A stretch of DNA of 64,000 nt from Candidatus Dojkabacteria bacterium HGW-Dojkabacteria-1 (GTDB taxonomy: Bacteria; Patescibacteriota; Dojkabacteria; SC72), in contig PHAO01000001.1 in NCBI GenBank assembly GCA_002840365.1, positions 168,647-232,646 on the forward strand. Reading direction: 5' to 3'. Numbering within the stretch: position 1 is the stretch's first letter; the number at the start of each line of letters is the position of its first letter. The notes below the pieces were generated by a model. The model made no database searches and was not told where the DNA came from. It saw only the letters and a program-made list of their open reading frames with translations. A program made the position numbers and the translations under genes. This document shows positions 20,747-30,791 of the stretch, piece by piece.

Positions 20747-21996
20747 AGTCTTAACAGTTTTCTTACTTTAAATGTATAGAAGCGAGCTATCTGTTCTGCA
20801 ATGTTTCCTAGTATTAGTAATACAAATAGATTTGATGCAAATATCTTTGCATACCCAGTTCCCAATATTGCTACCAAAGAAGCAATCAGTGCGAGTAAAA
20901 CTGTAACAATTATTCTAGATTCAGTATTTTCTGTAGTTATACGAAGTATTGCAACCATGACAATAACTTCGATAGCTAGGAGGAAAATATCTACAGGAAT
21001 TACTGCAATTTTAAGATATGCTATCCAAATTGATATTGTAATTATGGTTGTAAGTGCAGAGACTATTAAAGTCTTTTTCTCTGTCTTATCTATTAGTAAC
21101 AAATACGCATATATTACAACTACTGCAATAATTATGCCTTGAATGAGCTTTATGTAATCAGCTTCTACATTCTCTATTGGTACTTCCTGTTGATCTACAA
21201 GAGAATATGTAAATGGTACTATTCCAGAGTTGTACAAAATACTTATCAACTCTGCCTCCTCTCTCTCAAGAGTAGAGACAGGTAGTGCAAACAGTATTGG
21301 TTCAGTCGCAGGTACTTGTATAGGGGTTACAAATCCATCTATTGATACCCCAACCTCTTGGCCTTTGTAGAGGTTCATAAAGTCATTCCATTCACTATCC
21401 CATGGCCATGTTTTGTAAAGAGCAAAATATGAGTATTCGTTGGAAGCATTTTTTAATTTCGTTATATATATATTCCTAAACGATTCTCTAGTGAATCCTG
21501 TTGGCAGGTAGTTCTCTGCAAGATATATTGCATATGGGTTTTCGGGATCTTCAAAATCAATATCAGGATTCTTTGTTACAACTTCTAAAAGAAATGGACT
21601 CCTTATCAATTCATCTACAAACATCTGTGTAAGGGATGATTGTACATGGATTAATATGTACTCTTTCTCATTCTCGGAGTAGTTGGCCATATCTACTTTC
21701 TCTACACCTAACTTGCTTAATCTTCTGTAAAGAACTGATTTAATACCATCAATTTGTTTGTTTTTCTCTCTTGCATCTGAGTTATCTATTTCTAAGAGAT
21801 ACTCTTTTGCCCAATACATTTCACTCTTTGTTTTAAGATCGTATGTAACATTAGAGGAAACTGTTTCAGTTAAAGGCAGGGCTATCAATATACAAACAAG
21901 TACAAAGGAAGTAAGTAGTATGACTAGGAAATAGTTGAGTAAATATTTAAAATCTATTTTTCCAGCCTTTATCTTAGGGAGTTTGAAATTTTTCAT
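20743..21996 (-). CDS. secD: divergent SecD-like protein
   Basis: N-terminal TM; VLYRRLSKLGVE, GQEVGVSIDG and EEAELISILYNSGIVP match SecD P1 landmarks; then 5 TMs. Confidence 0.65.
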   Translation of the reverse strand: MKNFKLPKIKAGKIDFKYLLNYFLVILLTSFVLVCILIALPLTETVSSNVTYDLKTKSEMYWAKEYLLEIDNSDAREKNKQIDGIKSVLYRRLSKLGVEKVDMANYSENEKEYILIHVQSSLTQMFVDELIRSPFLLEVVTKNPDIDFEDPENPYAIYLAENYLPTGFTRESFRNIYITKLKNASNEYSYFALYKTWPWDSEWNDFMNLYKGQEVGVSIDGFVTPIQVPATEPILFALPVSTLEREEAELISILYNSGIVPFTYSLVDQQEVPIENVEADYIKLIQGIIIAVVVIYAYLLLIDKTEKKTLIVSALTTIITISIWIAYLKIAVIPVDIFLLAIEVIVMVAILRITTENTESRIIVTVLLALIASLVAILGTGYAKIFASNLFVLLILGNIAEQIARFYTFKVRKLLRL

Positions 21997-21998
21997 CT

Positions 21999-22571
21999 TT
22001 ATATCAAGTCAGTATCTTTTCCAATTATTATTATCTTATCCTTAAGAAGAGCGTTCATTAAGATGGGGTCTTTCTTTCTTCTTCCAAATTCATAATCTTC
22101 TGGTTTCATAACGGCATACTTAATTACTCTGCCTAGTTCCTTCTCTATTCCATTCATTGCACTTGTTAATTCCCTTATTTTCATTTCACCGATAAAGAGC
22201 ATATCGATATCGGAAGGATCATCATGTTTGTTTTTAAGAAATGCCTCTGTAACAATTGCTACTTTTACTCCCTCTACAGGAGAAAGTGAAGAAAGTAGTA
22301 ATCTACCAGCATCTGAATCTTTGAAAAATATAGTTCTTAATTCCCAAAGTATTGGGCAATTCTTGTTAAGTGTATATACAATCTTGTTTCCCTCTTTTAC
22401 TGATTTAAGAATACCAGCATCTTTTAGATTAAGTAATTCTCTTCTTACAGCATTTATTTCCTCACCTAACTCTCTTACTAATCCTCTTACATGATATGTA
22501 GCCTTAACATTAAGCATGTACTTTTCAAGTATCCTTAATCTTACTTTTGAGATAAAAAGGTTTTTTAGCAT
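21999..22571 (-). CDS. winged-helix regulator with degenerate nucleotidyltransferase-like C-domain
   Basis: LFISKVRLRIL...VRGLVRELGEEINAVRREL; SDIDMLFIG. Confidence 0.75.
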   Translation of the reverse strand: MLKNLFISKVRLRILEKYMLNVKATYHVRGLVRELGEEINAVRRELLNLKDAGILKSVKEGNKIVYTLNKNCPILWELRTIFFKDSDAGRLLLSSLSPVEGVKVAIVTEAFLKNKHDDPSDIDMLFIGEMKIRELTSAMNGIEKELGRVIKYAVMKPEDYEFGRRKKDPILMNALLKDKIIIIGKDTDLI

Positions 22572-22632
22572 AGCCCTTTAATATATACATATTAGATAGG
22601 CCTAGTTATATACACTAGGTCCATGGGGCATT

Positions 22633-23991
22633 TTATTGTTCAATTATAGCAAATTTTCCTTCAGAGCGAGATAGGGCATTAATCCATATTCTTCCTCTAT
22701 TGAATTGTACCTCATTTCCATCGCTATAGTAATACACAGTTCTGTCTAATCTACTAATTTTTTTCCATGTTCCCTCTAATATTTTCCCATCTATAAGGAA
22801 TACTGCTTTACCTTCTCCTATCGTATCTTGAATAATTCTTCCACTGTCATCATATGATGGCATCATACTTACTTCTTGTATTACTACATTTTTTGCAAAT
22901 ACCTGTGTATTAGTTTCTTGATCTAATGATGCCTGCTTTCCTGTTTGTAATAGGTAGCTATTTGTCTTAGGGTCATATGTCCACACTGTATCGTACAATC
23001 CGTTGTTGTTTATCCTTTGATGGAAGGTAATATTTATTTTGGTCTTTGTACCTCTTTCACTTACTACTGCATCATTTTTAAATTTCCATGCTTTAACAGT
23101 AGGAAATGAATCCCAATTCATCTTCTGTCCATACTCCCAAGCATTAGTAATTGATGAATATTCGTTGTGTGGGGCATATCTTCTACCATCATTCCATCTC
23201 CATGCACCAATAGTTGCAATTTTTTTAATATTGTAAGAAGAAATATTACCACAAGCATCAGTCTTAGGGTTATCTGTATCTGCGCACCCATCATAGATAA
23301 AGAGGGGGTCATATGGGCTTAGCCATTCTAAGTAATACTGTCTTGCACTTCTAATGGGTCCAACTTTTGCTGGGGCTTCACTCCAAAAAATACCTAAATA
23401 TCTTGTGATACCAGATTCTGCCAATGTCTCATACACGATATCTGCACTGTTAAGACCTGATTGTGGTCTTGCTTCTGCATGATTGTTAATCATTACTGCA
23501 ACAGGTCTCCTACCTTTTAATTTGTTCATCTCTGTTTTTGTAAACAGTAACCCATTAATTGGACTGACCTCTGTCCTTGGTTCTTGTGGTATTACAGAAG
23601 GGAGGTTAGTAAGTGAACTTGCAACTGCTTGAGATATTAGATATTCACTGTTTAGATTAATAATTTCTGAGGGGTTCTTGAATGGCTTTGCTTTGTAAAT
23701 GCCAAAGTAGTAAAAAGCAGCTATCCCAAACACAAGTAATACAGCTGAAGTAATTAACAATAGTTTTACTGTTTTAGGAGAGAGTTGTATTTTCTTCTTC
23801 ACTTTCTTGGTTTCTAACGTCGGATTAACCTCTTTCCCTATTTCATTTGTTTGTACTGCTTCCACTTCTACATTTAAATTCTCTTTAACAGGAGGAGATT
23901 CTACTACCTTACCTTTTGATATATTTAGTTCTTTTACCATATATATGGACAGTATTTTAGATATATATAATGTACCACTTGCTGTATACAA
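22633..23991 (-). CDS. DUF3048 domain protein
   Basis: RPVAVMINNH..ARPQSGL..AD.VYE..ESGITR, GPIRSAR, APHN. Confidence 0.88.
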   Translation of the reverse strand: MYTASGTLYISKILSIYMVKELNISKGKVVESPPVKENLNVEVEAVQTNEIGKEVNPTLETKKVKKKIQLSPKTVKLLLITSAVLLVFGIAAFYYFGIYKAKPFKNPSEIINLNSEYLISQAVASSLTNLPSVIPQEPRTEVSPINGLLFTKTEMNKLKGRRPVAVMINNHAEARPQSGLNSADIVYETLAESGITRYLGIFWSEAPAKVGPIRSARQYYLEWLSPYDPLFIYDGCADTDNPKTDACGNISSYNIKKIATIGAWRWNDGRRYAPHNEYSSITNAWEYGQKMNWDSFPTVKAWKFKNDAVVSERGTKTKINITFHQRINNNGLYDTVWTYDPKTNSYLLQTGKQASLDQETNTQVFAKNVVIQEVSMMPSYDDSGRIIQDTIGEGKAVFLIDGKILEGTWKKISRLDRTVYYYSDGNEVQFNRGRIWINALSRSEGKFAIIEQ

Positions 23992-24045
23992 TGTTAATTC
24001 CTTCTGTGTTAATATTTACATATATTAATATTATGCTAAAAAGAG

Positions 24046-25062
24046 ATGAAAAAGAGACTGTTTTTGTATATACCTTTGATACTTCTGTGTAGTATTCTTT
24101 TGACGGGCTGTACTAAAAAGGATGATGAATATGGAGACAAAATAAAGATTGTAGATTCTGAAAATGAAAAAAAGGAGACAGAATCTAAAGAAGAACCTAA
24201 AAAAGATAGTAGTGATTTAGGGTATCTTTCCAACCCTGATGAATATGCAAAAAGTAAGAAAAGTATTGGTGAATTAACTGATGCGGAATATACATTAGAC
24301 TCTTTAGAAGATTCTCAATCAAATGGATATCATGCATTTAATTTTAATATTTCTACCTCTACAGAAGGAGCAGGGCTTCCCTCGTTTACAGTAGAGCCTG
24401 TACTTGATAAAGGGGTGTATAGGGTAACGATAAGGAATGTAGGAAAGGATAATAGTGGTATTGCATATCAACAAAGTAGAGTTGTAGACAAGGGTGCTGT
24501 AACTGGAATATATCGTGCCGTTACTTCTACTCCTAAAACTGCAGTATATGAGATAGGGTTTTTAGGTAATAATCCATTTAAGCTAGATTACATTGAAACA
24601 GATGTAAATAGTTGGAATATATCTGTAAAGGTTGCATATGATTTAAAATATTCTCCTCCTACAATAGATTTCGGTAGTACAGAATTTAGTAATACATTGC
24701 AAAGTATAAAAGGTATGAGTGCTAGTGATGGTGCAAGAATATCGTCATACTCATACAGTGTAACAGGGGGAGTTCTTAAATTTGTATTCTCAGTAGCAAG
24801 TGGAACCTCAAACCCTATTCCAAGTGTAGAAGCACAGTATGACGAAATGAACATATTAGACGTTAGGTTTACCTCTCTTCAATCAGACAAGGTATCTACA
24901 TGGGGTAGTTCAATCACTCTACCAGCAGGTATTGTAGTTAATGTCTCAAGAGCTGGAGAGGTAAGTAGTTATAGATTTGGTGGTATAGGGGGAGCAAAAC
25001 CATTTAAACTAAGTGCTTCACAGAGTCCTAACCAAGTAGTAGTTGAGATAAAGACAAACTAG
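24046..25062 (+). CDS. lipoprotein, unknown function
   Basis: Lipobox LLTGC; two internally similar beta-rich halves. Confidence 0.75.
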   Translation: MKKRLFLYIPLILLCSILLTGCTKKDDEYGDKIKIVDSENEKKETESKEEPKKDSSDLGYLSNPDEYAKSKKSIGELTDAEYTLDSLEDSQSNGYHAFNFNISTSTEGAGLPSFTVEPVLDKGVYRVTIRNVGKDNSGIAYQQSRVVDKGAVTGIYRAVTSTPKTAVYEIGFLGNNPFKLDYIETDVNSWNISVKVAYDLKYSPPTIDFGSTEFSNTLQSIKGMSASDGARISSYSYSVTGGVLKFVFSVASGTSNPIPSVEAQYDEMNILDVRFTSLQSDKVSTWGSSITLPAGIVVNVSRAGEVSSYRFGGIGGAKPFKLSASQSPNQVVVEIKTN

Positions 25063-25064
25063 TT

Positions 25065-25472
25065 ATGAAGGATATCGCTCTTGTATGGGATTTAAATGGG
25101 GTTCTTTTTAAGAACTTGGTAATTGACTTGAATACACTAAATATTGTTGAACAATTAAATGCTAAAGGTCTTTCCCAATATATTTGTACAAATACTCTTA
25201 CTTGGAAATTAGATGAATGGAGAGAAGAATATTCGTTAGAGAAATATTTCAAGAAAATATTTTCAATTAATGAGTTAGGTCTTTTAAAGAATGACCCTAA
25301 AGTATATGAATATATACAAAAAGAAATTCCTGAGAAGAATATATATTTTATTGATGATTCTCTTCATAATCTTAAGGCAGCAGAAACTATTGGTATAATT
25401 GGAATACAATATATTTCTGATAAGCAAATTAAAAAGGAACTTAAGTTGTTAAATATATATAATGATAACTAG
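25065..25472 (+). CDS. HAD-family hydrolase
   Basis: WDLNGVL, TN, K.DP, FIDD. Confidence 0.8.
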   Translation: MKDIALVWDLNGVLFKNLVIDLNTLNIVEQLNAKGLSQYICTNTLTWKLDEWREEYSLEKYFKKIFSINELGLLKNDPKVYEYIQKEIPEKNIYFIDDSLHNLKAAETIGIIGIQYISDKQIKKELKLLNIYNDN

Positions 25473-26043
25473 AGATAAAGCTCAAGAACTTTTAGAAAAG
25501 TATGTTACTACGCCATGGTTAAAATTACATATGAGAGAAACAGAAGTAATACTAAGAGGTTTAGCAAGAGAATTAGGTGAGAATGAAGATGAGTGGGGTA
25601 TTGCAGGTTTACTTCATGATTTAGATTTTGATTATGTAAACAAAGATCCTCAAAGGCATGTAATTGAATTAGACAAGATATTGGAAATTGAAGGTATAAA
25701 GATTGGAGAAGATATTACAGAGGATATGTATCATGCAATTAAGTCTCACTATGAGGATCATCCTGATATTACCCAAAAGAGAGAATCCAACTTTGACTAC
25801 GCACTTGCAGCAGCAGAAAACCTTAGTGGCTTTTTAGTTGCTTGTGCATTAGTTATGCCAGACAAGAAGATATCTAGTGTACAAGTTGAGAGTGTAATAA
25901 AAAAGTTTAAGAAGAAAGATTTTGCAAAGGCTGTTAACAGAGAATATATGTATGATATTGAGAAAACAGGAATCACTCTAGAAAGATTTGTAGAGATAGC
26001 ACTAGAGGAAATGAATAGTATTGCTGATGAAATAGGGCTTTAG
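25462..26043 (+). CDS. HD/HDIG-domain hydrolase
   Basis: GLLHDLD, AIKSH, KKKDFAKAVNR. Confidence 0.85.
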   Translation: MITRDKAQELLEKYVTTPWLKLHMRETEVILRGLARELGENEDEWGIAGLLHDLDFDYVNKDPQRHVIELDKILEIEGIKIGEDITEDMYHAIKSHYEDHPDITQKRESNFDYALAAAENLSGFLVACALVMPDKKISSVQVESVIKKFKKKDFAKAVNREYMYDIEKTGITLERFVEIALEEMNSIADEIGL

Positions 26044-26056
26044 TATAATGCTTTTA

Positions 26057-26133
26057 CGGGGTGTAGTTCAGATGGCTAGAACGCTTGCATGGGGTGCAAG
26101 AGGTCGCACGTTCAAGTCGTGTCACCCCGACCA
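26057..26133 (+). tRNA. tRNA-Pro(GGG)
   Basis: cggggtg...caccccg-a-CCA; anticodon arm cttgc-atGGGgt-gcaag; TATAAT upstream. Confidence 0.95.
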
Positions 26134-26342
26134 GTTAAGACGAGACCCTCCCGAAACATTGATACATAGGCATTATCAGCGTGATACATGCCATTTATCA
26201 AAATTATCCAGATTCTACTAAATCTGTATAAAGTCCCTTTGTACAAGCATAATCACCGTTCAAGTCCTGTCAGGTCTTTAGCTATATTCCGCTCGTAAAA
26301 ATCGATATCATTTTATTCATATTATTTTTTACTAATATTTAT

Positions 26343-26585
26343 ATGGATAAAATGGATTTAATAGATTCAGATGTAACACTGGATGAGTTATTTGAGTGGT
26401 TGAAGGATGAGATTGAAAAAGGGAATTTTCCACAGTTTCAGGATAAATCAGATGAAGAATTGCTTGAACTTGTTAAGGTTGCAAAGCCATTAATTGAGAT
26501 CGAGCTAAGGTTAGCCAATGCATTTGCATGGGAGCAGGTAAATTCGATTAAGAAAAAGGGTAAGATTCTTCAAAGAAAGGCATGA
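26343..26585 (+). CDS. small hypothetical protein
   Basis: 80-aa ORF upstream of the OLD gene. Confidence 0.55.
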   Translation: MDKMDLIDSDVTLDELFEWLKDEIEKGNFPQFQDKSDEELLELVKVAKPLIEIELRLANAFAWEQVNSIKKKGKILQRKA

Positions 26586-26651
26586 TCAGTATTATTTTTT
26601 TACTGAAATTGCGAAATGGAATATAATTAACTATACATTGAAGAAAACTAT

Positions 26652-28394
26652 ATGAAGATAAAGAGCGTTACAATTGAGAATTTCCGTTGCTTCGATACCC
26701 CTTTGGTAGTCAACTTTGAGAACTATTCTGGGCTAGTCGGAAAGAATGGAACTGGAAAAACATCTGTATTAGAAGCCATCAACTTAGCTACTTCTCAATA
26801 TTACGTTAGTTCTCGTATAAATGAATCTGATTTTAATAACGAAGAGAATATAAGGATTATAGTAGAATTTGATAAGTGCTTTGTCATGCTCATTCCTGAT
26901 GGTTTTGCTTCCCAATATGTACCTTCAAATAGAATCTATCTAGCAATCTCACGAAGATCAAAGGCCGCTGCCGGTAAGGCTTTAAATGACGGATATACAA
27001 TTAATCATTTTGCAATCCCATATACATATTCAAGTAGCACAGAGCTATCTGATGTATTAGAAGATAGTATGCTAAATGGTCAAGAATCGTTGGATAAGCT
27101 CCCTAATTCAGTACTCCTTAATGGTGACGAAGATGAATACAAGTATAAGATCACCAGGAAGAGTGGTACGGTAAAATACGCAGATTCAAGAAGTCTACAA
27201 CTTTCGAATAACATGATTGGATTCCCAAATGTCTTTTATTTTGATAAAGATCGTGAAGGAGAAACAAGTAAGAAATTCAACAATCTTATGTCTAGGATTT
27301 TAGATGATCTGAATTGGAGATACCTTTCAAAAACAAGCGATGAGACTGAAATACTCCAGTCGGAGGAATCCGAAGGCGAGGCTGTTATGGGAACAGCTAT
27401 TCTAGAGCAACTAATTCTAGATGTATGGGAAGAATATTACAATAAGGTAATTGGTACTGTTGAGAAAGAAAAATCAAAGAGAATTATTTATCCCTTAAAG
27501 AAGAAAATGAAAGACTTCTGGGGTGAGATGTATGAGGATCTAGAACTATCAGTTCTTGATCTTACAAGTCCATTTTCTTCAGGATTCTTCTCTCTAAGGA
27601 AACAGAAGAAATCAAAGCAGATTAAAGTAAACAACTTAGGATCTGGAGAGTCAATGATATTAGCCTATTTCCTCTTGCAAACAATCAGTAAATTATCGAA
27701 AGAGAGGGTAATATATCTTATAGATGAGCCAGAAATGCACTTGCATCCACAGGCGCAGGTTAAGTTATTCGATGAGATACAGAAGTCCAAGAACCAGGTG
27801 ATTTATACAACGCATTCGGATATGTTCGTTGATATTGGGGCTTGGAAATCTATTTTAAGGTTTTCACCAGAAGAGGTCTACCCAACAGAAGAAATTCTGA
27901 ATGACAAGAGCATTGAGGATAAGGCCATTAGTGAGCATCTTGAGGAGATTAAACAGTTCCACCAAGATAAAACAATCTTTGTGAGGGAAAATAATGAAAT
28001 ATTCTTTGCCGATAAGTGTTTGCTAGTTGAAGGTCCTATAGATAAGTATGGAAATGCGATTCTTGCTAAGAAATTATCGAAGGAATTTCAAAACACAACG
28101 ATTGTTAGCTGTACTGGCAAGACAAAAATACTTTATTATGTTCTGCTATGTAAAGCCTTTGGTATCCCTTATTTTGTGATCTATGATCAAGACGAAGAGG
28201 GTAAATATACACTTCTTGAAGATAATTCTGATAATATAGAATCATACACAACATCATTCGAGAAGGTTTTTGAGCAAGGCGAAGAAGCAAGAAGAAACGA
28301 TATTCTTACATATATAATTAATCTTGATAAGGAGAACATTCCAGAGGAAGTTGTGAATATAATTCAAACTATAAGTACTTGGTCAGACGAATAA
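26652..28394 (+). CDS. OLD-family ATP-dependent nuclease (ABC ATPase + TOPRIM)
   Basis: IENFRCF, Walker A GKNGTGKT, LGSGE, Walker B IDEPEMHLHP, TTHS, TOPRIM LVEGPID and YDQD. Confidence 0.9.
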   Translation: MKIKSVTIENFRCFDTPLVVNFENYSGLVGKNGTGKTSVLEAINLATSQYYVSSRINESDFNNEENIRIIVEFDKCFVMLIPDGFASQYVPSNRIYLAISRRSKAAAGKALNDGYTINHFAIPYTYSSSTELSDVLEDSMLNGQESLDKLPNSVLLNGDEDEYKYKITRKSGTVKYADSRSLQLSNNMIGFPNVFYFDKDREGETSKKFNNLMSRILDDLNWRYLSKTSDETEILQSEESEGEAVMGTAILEQLILDVWEEYYNKVIGTVEKEKSKRIIYPLKKKMKDFWGEMYEDLELSVLDLTSPFSSGFFSLRKQKKSKQIKVNNLGSGESMILAYFLLQTISKLSKERVIYLIDEPEMHLHPQAQVKLFDEIQKSKNQVIYTTHSDMFVDIGAWKSILRFSPEEVYPTEEILNDKSIEDKAISEHLEEIKQFHQDKTIFVRENNEIFFADKCLLVEGPIDKYGNAILAKKLSKEFQNTTIVSCTGKTKILYYVLLCKAFGIPYFVIYDQDEEGKYTLLEDNSDNIESYTTSFEKVFEQGEEARRNDILTYIINLDKENIPEEVVNIIQTISTWSDE

Positions 28395-28401
28395 ACTGAT
28401 A

Positions 28402-29556
28402 TTACTTGGGATTAATAATAGTGACTATATTAAGGTTATCCTTACTCATACTGTTTAAATCATTCTCCAATCCTGCAGGGTTACCGATCCTGCCTTCTGG
28501 ATCATAGATAAAACAAATCAAATTTTTACAATCAGGGTGTTTCGAATATCTAGCGATATCAATGATAATCTGTTCTCCAATTTCCTTATCTTCCAAGCCC
28601 TTCCTTGTCTTCTTCACCTCTATAACGGTTTCAATTTCCTTTATCAAGAAATCACTTCGGGATGAGCTTCCTGCGTAGCTTGGGTTCCACTCCTCTTTGC
28701 GAACATCCTCAAATTTTATGTGCAATAACGCATATAATAAATCTTGTACGTCATATTCATCTTCTACCTGAATTGTATCCCGACCGTCATAACGATCCTT
28801 AACTTTTCTAGCAAATCTATGGAAGCCGTTGCACAAATCGAGAACATCCTGTATTTCAGATGTTCTTCCCGTACCCTGCTTAAAATACTTTGACTTGATA
28901 TCAATTTGTTTCAATACGTTACGTGACAAGCGTATTAGCTCCAACATTTTACTAGCTAATAATGTAGTAGAGAGCAGTTCTGAATGGAACTGTATGTGTG
29001 GTGGAACTTTGAATCCTTCAGAAACGGCTCTAGAATCTCTTGATATAGCATTTGAGGGCTGCTGGTATCTGATAAGATCTCTCGTTTGATGGTGTAATTC
29101 CAGATCTTCAATCTTCTTTAGCTCAGCCTGTTGAGTTGAATACTCGTCACTGTCTTTGATAAATGCAAGAGTATTAACAATATCATCTCTAAGTTTCTTA
29201 GCACTTTCAGCAATTTGATTTATCTTGCCACAAAGATCATCTATTTCTTTCAGCTTGTGACTTTCTCCGATCTTACTCTTTACGTCCTCATATGTTTTTT
29301 CGTTCCATCCTGCGGGTATTCCATGATAACCTGCTCCTCCCCATTCAATGTTAAATTTACTTCCAGGAGGTGGTTTCTGAAAATCGCTAAAATATAGGTA
29401 AGCATGGTATCCTAACCAGGAGCCACTCCAAGATTCCTCTAATTTGCTAACGACATCGGCGACATCATCTATCTCCTTAGAATATTTCTTTATATCTGAA
29501 CTATTCTCCTTGTCGAATTTATCTATTTTTTTCTTGAGTTCTTCTAGTTCTTTCAT
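28402..29556 (-). CDS. PD-(D/E)XK nuclease, DpnII/MboI-like C-domain with uncharacterised N-domain
   Basis: EDEYDVQDLLYALL..EEWNPSYAG..RSDFLI..IEVKKTR..DIARYSKHPDC..CFIYDP. Confidence 0.8.
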   Translation of the reverse strand: MKELEELKKKIDKFDKENSSDIKKYSKEIDDVADVVSKLEESWSGSWLGYHAYLYFSDFQKPPPGSKFNIEWGGAGYHGIPAGWNEKTYEDVKSKIGESHKLKEIDDLCGKINQIAESAKKLRDDIVNTLAFIKDSDEYSTQQAELKKIEDLELHHQTRDLIRYQQPSNAISRDSRAVSEGFKVPPHIQFHSELLSTTLLASKMLELIRLSRNVLKQIDIKSKYFKQGTGRTSEIQDVLDLCNGFHRFARKVKDRYDGRDTIQVEDEYDVQDLLYALLHIKFEDVRKEEWNPSYAGSSSRSDFLIKEIETVIEVKKTRKGLEDKEIGEQIIIDIARYSKHPDCKNLICFIYDPEGRIGNPAGLENDLNSMSKDNLNIVTIINPK

Positions 29557-29622
29557 ATGGTAATTATATTAAACCGTAATACATTTGTCGTTTATAAAGT
29601 AATTAGTTGATCTCTTATACTA

Positions 29623-29997
29623 TCAAAGAAATGTTTTGTAGTAGTATTCTAACCTTTCTTTATCTTCATTAGCCTTGTTTCCTTTGTAATATATTTCAAC
29701 CAAAATCACTTTTATATCTTTCTTGATGAAAATATAAATAAGTCTAAGACCTGATTTTGCCCCCTTTCCTTTGAATGATTTTGAAGCGAATTTCTTGACT
29801 TTGCACGAAATAATATCGTCATTGCTGAAGCCCGGTATTGGAAATATTGAATTGTTATCAATGCTGTTGAGATGATATAGACTTATAGCAGCCTTTTTAA
29901 CCACTTCTAAGTCTTCAGGAAGCGTTTTATACTTCTTGCAAAGTTTTTTTAGGTCTTTGTCAAATTCAGATGTTGTTTCAAAGCTAATTTTCCCCAT
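29623..29997 (-). CDS. RelE/ParE-superfamily toxin-like protein
   Basis: EFDKDLKKLCKKY..KGAKSGLRLIY..VEIYYK; overlaps the upstream antitoxin. Confidence 0.7.
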   Translation of the reverse strand: MGKISFETTSEFDKDLKKLCKKYKTLPEDLEVVKKAAISLYHLNSIDNNSIFPIPGFSNDDIISCKVKKFASKSFKGKGAKSGLRLIYIFIKKDIKVILVEIYYKGNKANEDKERLEYYYKTFL

Positions 29998-30766
29998 AAT
30001 TTCTCACTGATGTCTTAGGTGTTCGATAAAATACAGTTTCGTAATCAATGGGTTTCGTGTCTTCGGTAACAATCCAAGGAACATCTTGATGAGAATATTC
30101 GCTTAGCTCACTTGCATTTTTATCTGATAATCTTGCAAGAACTTCATCTATATGACGTAATTCTTGTGCGCTAAGAAGTTTTGATAAATCGGGTTCCCTT
30201 ACAGCTAAATATTTTTTTTGGTCATAGTTAAAGTATTTATTTTTCACTATAACTAACTCTTCTTTTGCAACCATTTCCTCAACAAGCTTTTTAAATTCAA
30301 CCGGTGTTGGTCCATGATGATTTTTTATATATGTTGCTCCTATGAGTTGCTCTTCGTATTTTTCGTAGTAATCAAAATCAATAAAATAAAGTAACTTGTA
30401 TAGTACTGTTTCACCGACATTTGGTTTGGCACCTGCCTTGGTCAGAATATATAAGAAAATTTCACGAAATTTATTGAAATTTTTCTGAGGGATACTAATC
30501 CTTAGATTTTCCTCTTGGTTATCGTTATTGTTCTTCATCTTTTCTATGATATCAATCTTAATCCTATCAACAGGCTTTTGGTTAAGTAGGTCATCGATTG
30601 ACATATTTAACAATTTCGCAAGTTTCTGTAGTTCAGTAAGTGAGAGATCTCTAGTCCCTTGCTCAATATTTATATACGTTGGGCGAGATATCCCTAATTT
30701 CTGGGCAACATAATTTTGGGAGTAATTTAATTTCTCTCTTTGTTTTTGTATATATTTTCCAATCAT
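29984..30766 (-). CDS. XRE-HTH + Panacea (DUF4065/SocA-like) antitoxin
   Basis: HTH SQNYVAQKLGISRPTYINIE; LYKLLYFIDF, HGPTP, LSEYSHQDVPW. Confidence 0.88.
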   Translation of the reverse strand: MIGKYIQKQREKLNYSQNYVAQKLGISRPTYINIEQGTRDLSLTELQKLAKLLNMSIDDLLNQKPVDRIKIDIIEKMKNNNDNQEENLRISIPQKNFNKFREIFLYILTKAGAKPNVGETVLYKLLYFIDFDYYEKYEEQLIGATYIKNHHGPTPVEFKKLVEEMVAKEELVIVKNKYFNYDQKKYLAVREPDLSKLLSAQELRHIDEVLARLSDKNASELSEYSHQDVPWIVTEDTKPIDYETVFYRTPKTSVRNYGEN

Positions 30767-30791
30767 AGTATTTTGGCAGTTAAATTAAATA

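Noticed and set aside
26652-29556. Canonical Gabija or type II restriction-modification system
   Set aside because: No UvrD/GajB and no DNA methyltransferase in the island.
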